Part shown: in pieces, positions 57,429-64,000 of the stretch
Layout: every line of letters begins with the position of its first letter
How positions within the stretch are numbered: position 1 is the stretch's first letter
Source: Flavobacterium sp.
GTDB lineage: Bacteria > Bacteroidota > Bacteroidia > Flavobacteriales > Flavobacteriaceae
Direction of reading: 5' to 3'
Length of the DNA stretch: 64,000 bases
Assembly: GCA_043771555.1 (NCBI GenBank)
Contig: JAYVHB010000069.1
Span: 1,196 to 65,195, forward strand
Translations under genes and position numbers: made by a program
The notes under the pieces: model-generated
Databases searched by the model: none
Told to the model about the DNA's origin: nothing
Seen by the model: the letters and a program-made list of their open reading frames with translations, nothing else

Positions 57429-59939
57429 ATGGCAAAAACAATCAAAAAAGAATCTGAAATAAAAGGAGAAAAATCTGCTGAAAAGAACGGTTTTTTTAGA
57501 ACTTCAAGACAACAAAAATTACTTTTGGGTTGTTTGTTAGTGCTTTTCTCAATTGCTCTTTTGGTAGCTTTTGTATCGTTTTTTATTCATGGTAACCAAG
57601 ACCAAAGTATTGTGAATGCTATGAGCAATCGAGAGGAAGTTGCTGGCAATTGGCTTGGGAAATTTGGTGCTTTGCTTGCAGATTTTTTCATTTATAAAGG
57701 ATTTGGAGCCGCAAGTTTTGTGCTAGTAAAACTTTTATTCTTGACAGGAGCATTTTTAGTACTTGACATTTCATTGTTTAAACTTAAAACTATTTGGTTT
57801 TGGGATTTGTTTGTAATGGTCATATTGTCAGTGCTTTTTGGATATTTTGCAACATCAATTCCAGAACTTGGTGGTACAATTGGCTTCGAAATGAATTCTT
57901 TTTTACAAGATTATATCGGAAAAATTGGAACTTTATTGGTTTTAATTTTTGGAATTATAATTTATTTAATTTTCAAAATAAAAATCTCTCCAGATACCGT
58001 AAAATCATTTTTTGAAAAGAAAAAATCAGAAATCAAAGAAGAATTTAAACCACTTGTAACATCCTCAGACGATCCAGCCTATAATCTAGAAGAATTTGCC
58101 GTAAATGAAAATGAAACCAATCAACTACTTCCTGAAAAAGAAGAAGATTTTGAAGAAGAATTTACAGAGCCAATATTAAAACCAATTTCGCAATTCGAAC
58201 TCAATAAAGAAGATTTAAAACCTACTATTTCTAAAACGTCTGAAATAAAATTAGAAACAGTTCAGAAGTACGAAGAACCGGAAGCTAAGCAAACTATTCT
58301 TACTCCATTACCTGAAATTATTAGAACCATTCCCGAAAATTCAGGAGAAGTTTTTGTAATAGAAAAAGCCGCAGAAGAAGATATTATTGAAGAAAATTTG
58401 GCAAATAGATTGGTTGCCGATTTCGGTTTGTTTGATCCAACTTTAGATTTATCTAATTTTAAGTTTCCAACATTAGATTTACTCAAAGAATATCCTACCA
58501 ACGGAATTACCATAAACCAAGAAGAACTCGAGGACAATAAAAATAATATTGTAGAAACACTACGAAATTATAAAATTGAAATTGCACAAATTAAAGCAAC
58601 CGTTGGACCATCTGTAACGTTATACGAAATTGTGCCAGAAGCAGGAATTCGAATTTCGAAAATAAAAAGTCTAGAAGATGATATTGCATTATCGTTGGCA
58701 GCATTAGGAATTCGAATCATTGCACCAATTCCTGGAAAAGGAACTATTGGTATTGAAGTTCCAAACAAAAATCCTACGATGGTTCCTATGAAAACCGTCA
58801 TTGGTTCTGCAAAATTTCAAGAAGCTGAAATGGAACTTCCGATTGCACTTGGCAAAACAATTTCTAACGAAACCTTTGTTGTAGATCTTGCCAAAATGCC
58901 CCATTTATTGATGGCTGGAGCAACAGGACAAGGAAAATCTGTAGGTTTAAATGCCGTTTTAACTTCATTACTTTACAAAAAACATCCTGCAGAAGTAAAA
59001 TTTGTTTTGGTCGATCCAAAAAAAGTAGAACTCACACTTTTTAATAAAATAGAACGACATTATCTTGCCAAACTTCCTGATGGTGGCGATGCAATTATTA
59101 CCGATAACATGAAGGTTATCAATACCTTAAATTCTTTATGTGTCGAAATGGACAACCGCTACTCGTTGCTTAAAGATGCGATGGTTAGAAATATAAAAGA
59201 GTATAACGACAAATTTAAAAACCGAAAATTGAATCCTGAAAACGGACATCGTTTTTTACCTTATATAGTATTGGTTGTCGATGAGTTTGCCGATTTGATA
59301 ATGACAGCCGGCAAAGAAGTCGAAACACCAATAGCACGATTAGCACAATTGGCTCGAGCTATTGGAATACATCTTATTATTGCAACGCAGCGGCCATCGG
59401 TTAACGTAATTACAGGGATGATAAAAGCAAATTTTCCTGCTCGAATTGCCTTTAGAGTAACTTCCAAGATCGATTCGAGAACCATCTTGGATACAGGCGG
59501 AGCCGACCAATTGATAGGTCGTGGCGATATGTTGTATACCAACGGAAACGATCTTGTGCGGGTGCAATGCGCGTTTGTAGACACGCCCGAAGTAGAAAAA
59601 ATAGTTGACTTTATTGGAGCTCAAAAAGGATATGCCGATGCGTATTTGCTCCCAGAATTTGTTGGAGAAGAAAGTGGCATTAATCTTGATATAGATATTT
59701 CAGAGAGAGACGCCTTGTTTCGTGAAGCTGCCGAGATTATCGTTACAGCCCAACAAGGATCGGCTTCTTTGCTTCAACGAAAACTAAAATTAGGGTATAA
59801 CAGAGCAGGTCGATTGATAGACCAACTCGAAGCGGCAGGAATTGTAGGATCGTTTGAAGGAAGTAAAGCCAGAAGTGTAAATATTACTGACTTGAGCGCT
59901 CTTGATCAATTTTTTAGCAATGAACAAAATGACAATTAA
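57429..59939 (+). CDS. ftsK: DNA translocase FtsK
   Basis: N-terminal 4TM region; MPHLLMAGATGQGKS; VVDEFAD; ATQRPSV; gamma domain LQRKLKLGYNRAGRL. Confidence 0.96.
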   Translation: MAKTIKKESEIKGEKSAEKNGFFRTSRQQKLLLGCLLVLFSIALLVAFVSFFIHGNQDQSIVNAMSNREEVAGNWLGKFGALLADFFIYKGFGAASFVLVKLLFLTGAFLVLDISLFKLKTIWFWDLFVMVILSVLFGYFATSIPELGGTIGFEMNSFLQDYIGKIGTLLVLIFGIIIYLIFKIKISPDTVKSFFEKKKSEIKEEFKPLVTSSDDPAYNLEEFAVNENETNQLLPEKEEDFEEEFTEPILKPISQFELNKEDLKPTISKTSEIKLETVQKYEEPEAKQTILTPLPEIIRTIPENSGEVFVIEKAAEEDIIEENLANRLVADFGLFDPTLDLSNFKFPTLDLLKEYPTNGITINQEELEDNKNNIVETLRNYKIEIAQIKATVGPSVTLYEIVPEAGIRISKIKSLEDDIALSLAALGIRIIAPIPGKGTIGIEVPNKNPTMVPMKTVIGSAKFQEAEMELPIALGKTISNETFVVDLAKMPHLLMAGATGQGKSVGLNAVLTSLLYKKHPAEVKFVLVDPKKVELTLFNKIERHYLAKLPDGGDAIITDNMKVINTLNSLCVEMDNRYSLLKDAMVRNIKEYNDKFKNRKLNPENGHRFLPYIVLVVDEFADLIMTAGKEVETPIARLAQLARAIGIHLIIATQRPSVNVITGMIKANFPARIAFRVTSKIDSRTILDTGGADQLIGRGDMLYTNGNDLVRVQCAFVDTPEVEKIVDFIGAQKGYADAYLLPEFVGEESGINLDIDISERDALFREAAEIIVTAQQGSASLLQRKLKLGYNRAGRLIDQLEAAGIVGSFEGSKARSVNITDLSALDQFFSNEQNDN

Positions 59940-60582
59940 AGTGAAATTATTATTTAAATTTATTTGTATTCTTTTTTTTAGTATTTCAATTCAAGCGCAA
60001 GATAAAAAAGCCAAAGATTTACTGGATGCTGTTACCGCAAAAGTTAAAAGTTATGACAATATCGTTATTGACTTTAAATATACTTTAAACAATGCCAAGG
60101 AAAATATCAATCAAGACAGCAAAGGAAATGTAACCTTGAAAGGAAATATGTATGTTTTGAATTTTATGGGTGTTACCAAAATTTTTGATGGCAAAAAAAA
60201 CTATACTATCAATCCAGAAGATGAGGAAATTGCTATTTCTAAATATAATGATAAAGACGAATCTTCAATTACACCATCAAAAATGCTTACTTTTTTCAAT
60301 TCGGGCTACAAAAATGCTTGGGATATCGAGCAGAATGTAAAAGGAAGAAAAATTCAGTATATAAAACTCACGCCAACCAACACCAAAGACCATCGCAAGG
60401 AAGTTTTGTTAGGTATTGATATTCAGACCAAAAACATCTACAATTTGATCGAGGTTGGAAAAAATGGAACAAAAACAACGTTGACTGTTAATTCTTTTAA
60501 AACCGATCAGCCATTATCAAAAAATCAGTTTATATTTGTTGAAAGTAAATATCCTAAATATTACATCAACAAACTAGACTAG
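59920..60582 (+). CDS. lolA: Outer-membrane lipoprotein carrier LolA-like protein (start uncertain)
   Basis: Signal peptide; IFDGKKNY...EDEEI; ftsK-lolA synteny. Confidence 0.8.
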   Translation: MNKMTIKVKLLFKFICILFFSISIQAQDKKAKDLLDAVTAKVKSYDNIVIDFKYTLNNAKENINQDSKGNVTLKGNMYVLNFMGVTKIFDGKKNYTINPEDEEIAISKYNDKDESSITPSKMLTFFNSGYKNAWDIEQNVKGRKIQYIKLTPTNTKDHRKEVLLGIDIQTKNIYNLIEVGKNGTKTTLTVNSFKTDQPLSKNQFIFVESKYPKYYINKLD

Positions 60583-60587
60583 TTGGA

Positions 60588-62747
60588 ATGAAAATTCTTG
60601 ATCGCTACCTTCTTAAAACCTTTTCAACCACACTTTTATCAGTATTTACTATTCTGTTTTTTATATTTATACTACAAACAGTTTGGTTATTTATTTCAGA
60701 ATTGACAGGTAAAGATCTTGACTTTATGATGGTTTTGAAGTTTTTGTTGTTTTCAATGCCGAGAATAGTTCCTTTAGTTTTACCGCTTTCTATTTTATTG
60801 GCTTCCATAATGACTTTTGGCGACTTGTCAGAAAATTACGAATTTGCAGCCATGAAATCGTCTGGAATTTCGCTACAACGTGCCATGAAAAGCTTGATTG
60901 TTTTTATGTGTTTCTTGAGTATTGTAGCATTTATATTTGCTAATAATGTTATTCCGTATGCCGAATATAAATTTATTAATTTTCGAAAAGAAATTGCCCA
61001 ACGCACGCCAGCAATGGCAATTGCAGAAGGACAATTTAGTAAAGTAGGAAACTTTAGCATTAAAGTCGAAAAAAAATCTGGAAAAAACGGCAACTTCCTC
61101 AAAGGAATTACCATTCATAAAAAAACAGTAAATCAATCTGGAAACAAAACCGTAATTCGTGCTAAAACGGGCGAATTGGTAAGTAATGAAAAATCCAATA
61201 ACTTACAATTAATTCTATTTGATGGGTATTATTATGAAGATATTGTCCCCAAAAACTATGAAGATCGAACCAAGTTGCCTTTTGGCAAAAGTGCTTTTAG
61301 ACGTTATATAATTAATATTGATTTGACCTTGCTTAACAAAGCATCCGATCAAAATCAAGAGACAAGCACCAATGCGATGCTCACTGTAAATCAATTAAAA
61401 TATACTATTGATTCGTTAAATAGAAATTTCAAAAAAGACAAAATATCCTTTGCAGATAATAGCTATTTACGAACAGGAATCACTAACGGAACCGTTTTTA
61501 GTAACTATACTGATACTTCTAAAGTTAAAAAAAACAATACCATTCCTAAAGAAATATTGGCTTCATTTTCTACTTCTCAAAAAGAAGAAATTATTAAAAC
61601 GGCATTATCTAATCTAGAAAATTCAGGGTTTTCTGTAGATAGTGCGATGACAGATTTTGATTATAAACAAAAAAATATTAGTTCACATTGGATCGCCTTG
61701 TACGAAAAATTTGTAATTGCTTTTGCTTGCTTATTAATGTTTTTTATTGGTGCGCCATTAGGAGCAATTATTAGAAAAGGTGGTTTGGGATTGCCCATAG
61801 TTTTTGCAGTAATTATTTTTATTATTTATCATTTTACCAATACATTCGGCAAACGTGTAGCGCAAGAAAACGGCATGCCCGCTTTTTTAGGGGCATGGAT
61901 TTCAACATTAATAATGACACCTTTAGGTATTTTATTGACCTATCGCGCTATAAAAGATATTGGCGGAATTATGAATTTTGATGCAGTAGCACTATTTTTT
62001 GAAAAATTATTCCCAAAAGCTTCAACACTTAAAGTTGGTGAAGTAGACCAAAAAAATAATTTAGTTTCGTTACAAAAACAGTATCAAATAGTAAGTTATA
62101 TTGCTGTAGCATTTAGTGTTGTATCGTTTGTACTATTTCTTAATTTAATAAAAGAACACACGTCTCAAAAAATTGTTTTTTGGATCCTAACAAATGCATT
62201 TTTATATGCTACAATTTATTTTTCTCAAAATAAACTAGAACATATTGAAACCATCGTTGCCCAAAAATTTGATCCAGGAAAAACCGTAAGTTTAATTCTA
62301 GGATTTCCATTGTACGGAATTGTTTTTTTTCTAGCAAATAAAAAAATAAACAACCAAATTGCAACTTATAAGTTTGTGCCGAAAGAAGTAAACAATACGC
62401 AAGAAGTAGCAGCAAATTACACAGAGAATCAAGAATTTAAAGCCCTCAAAACAAGCTACTCGAAGTCAAGCCTTTCAGCACTTTTGAGCTATTTTTTCGC
62501 ACTATTTTGCACTATTTTTGTACTTTACAACCCAACAAGAACTGTAATTGCAATTGCCGTTTTTTCAATTATTTTAGTTTTAGCTTTGGTCTATTTAGCA
62601 CAAAAAAAAGTAACACTTATTGAAAAAAACGCCCAACTAAAATTTGATCCCGGAATGGTCGTGAGCCTTATACTTGCCTTTCCGCTTTACCCTTTGGTTT
62701 ATTATGTAATTAACCAGAAAATAAATAAAATCGAAAAAATAAATTAG
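60588..62747 (+). CDS. LptF/LptG-family permease with extended, internally duplicated C-terminal membrane region
   Basis: MKILDRYL, LPLSILLASIMTFGDLSENYEFAAMKSSGISL and IGAPLGAIIRKGGLG; two KFDPG...FPLY modules. Confidence 0.88.
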   Translation: MKILDRYLLKTFSTTLLSVFTILFFIFILQTVWLFISELTGKDLDFMMVLKFLLFSMPRIVPLVLPLSILLASIMTFGDLSENYEFAAMKSSGISLQRAMKSLIVFMCFLSIVAFIFANNVIPYAEYKFINFRKEIAQRTPAMAIAEGQFSKVGNFSIKVEKKSGKNGNFLKGITIHKKTVNQSGNKTVIRAKTGELVSNEKSNNLQLILFDGYYYEDIVPKNYEDRTKLPFGKSAFRRYIINIDLTLLNKASDQNQETSTNAMLTVNQLKYTIDSLNRNFKKDKISFADNSYLRTGITNGTVFSNYTDTSKVKKNNTIPKEILASFSTSQKEEIIKTALSNLENSGFSVDSAMTDFDYKQKNISSHWIALYEKFVIAFACLLMFFIGAPLGAIIRKGGLGLPIVFAVIIFIIYHFTNTFGKRVAQENGMPAFLGAWISTLIMTPLGILLTYRAIKDIGGIMNFDAVALFFEKLFPKASTLKVGEVDQKNNLVSLQKQYQIVSYIAVAFSVVSFVLFLNLIKEHTSQKIVFWILTNAFLYATIYFSQNKLEHIETIVAQKFDPGKTVSLILGFPLYGIVFFLANKKINNQIATYKFVPKEVNNTQEVAANYTENQEFKALKTSYSKSSLSALLSYFFALFCTIFVLYNPTRTVIAIAVFSIILVLALVYLAQKKVTLIEKNAQLKFDPGMVVSLILAFPLYPLVYYVINQKINKIEKIN

Positions 62748-62757
62748 CACAAATACA

Positions 62758-63888
62758 ATGTCTAACAAAATCCAACTCAACACCATTGAAGAAGCCATCG
62801 AAGAAATTCGCCAAGGCAAAATCATTATTGTTGTTGACGATGAAGATCGAGAAAACGAAGGCGATTTTTTAGCTGCTGCCGAAAAAATCACACCCGAAAT
62901 GGTCAACTTTATGGCAACACACGGTCGTGGATTAATTTGCGTACCACTCAACGAAAGTAGATGCAAAGAACTTGAGCTGCGACCGATGGTTTCTAACAAT
63001 ACCGACCATATGGAAACCGCATTTACAGTATCTGTAGACTTAAAAGGAAATGGAGTGACTACAGGAATATCAGCATCAGACAGAGCATTAACCATCCAAG
63101 CATTGGTCAATTCAAAGACCAAACCCTATGATTTGGCACGACCCGGACACATATTTCCGTTAGTAGCCAAGCAAGGTGGAGTTTTGCGAAGAACAGGTCA
63201 TACCGAAGCCGCAATAGATTTTGCACGATTAGCAGGATTTAAACCAGCAGGAGTTATTGTAGAAATCATGAACGAAGATGGCACCATGGCACGATTACCA
63301 CAACTAGTTGAAGTAGCCAAAAAGTTCAATCTCAAACTCGTTTCCATTGAAGATCTAGTTGCTTATCGCATGCAACACGATAGTTTGATCGTCAAAAAAG
63401 AAGATTTTGATGTGCAAACCCGTTTTGGCACCTTCCGACTGCGCGCCTACGAGCAAACCACCAACAAACAAATACATATTGCCCTCACAAAAGGCACATG
63501 GAACATTGGCGAAGCCGTTTTAACACGAATCAATTCCTCACAAGTAAACAACGATTTGCTAGGCACATTGACCAACAATGCAGACAAGCAATTGGATGAT
63601 ATGTTCCAAATAATAAACGATCATGGCAAAGGCGCCGTGATATTTATTAACCAAGACATGCAGTCCATCAATATGTTAAGCCGCATATCCGAACTCAAAA
63701 AACTACAATCCAAAGGAGTTTCCAAAGCTCCAAAAATTGTTATTGATAGTAAAGATTTCGGGATTGGAGCACAAATACTTCATGATATTGATATTTCCAA
63801 AATACGGCTCGTGAGCAATGCCGAACATTCCAAACGAGTGGGCATGATAGGCTACGGATTGGAAATTACCGATTACGTCAATTATTAA
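62758..63888 (+). CDS. ribB: 3,4-dihydroxy-2-butanone-4-phosphate synthase fused to a degenerate GTP cyclohydrolase II-like domain
   Basis: DDEDRENEGD, TAFTVSVD, TTGISASDR, RPGHIFPL and RTGHTEA; C-terminal domain lacks the RibA zinc Cys residues. Confidence 0.92.
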   Translation: MSNKIQLNTIEEAIEEIRQGKIIIVVDDEDRENEGDFLAAAEKITPEMVNFMATHGRGLICVPLNESRCKELELRPMVSNNTDHMETAFTVSVDLKGNGVTTGISASDRALTIQALVNSKTKPYDLARPGHIFPLVAKQGGVLRRTGHTEAAIDFARLAGFKPAGVIVEIMNEDGTMARLPQLVEVAKKFNLKLVSIEDLVAYRMQHDSLIVKKEDFDVQTRFGTFRLRAYEQTTNKQIHIALTKGTWNIGEAVLTRINSSQVNNDLLGTLTNNADKQLDDMFQIINDHGKGAVIFINQDMQSINMLSRISELKKLQSKGVSKAPKIVIDSKDFGIGAQILHDIDISKIRLVSNAEHSKRVGMIGYGLEITDYVNY

Positions 63889-63893
63889 TTCAT

Positions 63894-64000
63894 GGGCGTG
63901 ACCTACTTCCGCAAGCTCCAGAGGTCGGGCTCTCGGCACTCGCTTTTATGGCTCCACTGCGTTACACCATAAAGAGCTCAAACAAAGCCTTGATCCCTCA
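63894..64000 (+). ncRNA. Flavo-1-like structured RNA/repeat, truncated by the window end
   Basis: gggcgtgacct...aggtcgggct...hairpin...gatccctca; same termini as 41123-41203. Confidence 0.6.

Overview
This window is an AT-rich Bacteroidota chromosome segment, most likely Flavobacterium (TAnnTTTG promoters, T9SS cargo proteins, Flavo-1-like repeats). It is mostly housekeeping: thrS-infC-rpmI-rplT, icmF, aroE, purA, fur, relA/spoT, lysA, tRNA-Tyr, a complete trp operon with a leader-peptide attenuator, valS, ftsK-lolA-lptF/G and ribB. The standout is a 1023-aa secreted OmpA-domain protein (12675-15746) with two different 15-unit arrays of 23-aa repeats. Their sequence variants covary in exact mirror order, which predicts one giant register-coded antiparallel beta-hairpin with matching Cys caps at both ends. 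Other accessory items are a stand-alone Mrr-like nuclease-NACHT candidate defence gene, three tandem TerB-like paralogs, a palindromic repeat translated in frame inside icmF, an LptF/G with a duplicated membrane tail, an ars cluster with no efflux pump, and several small intergenic repeat families. Family assignments come from recognised motifs, not database searches.
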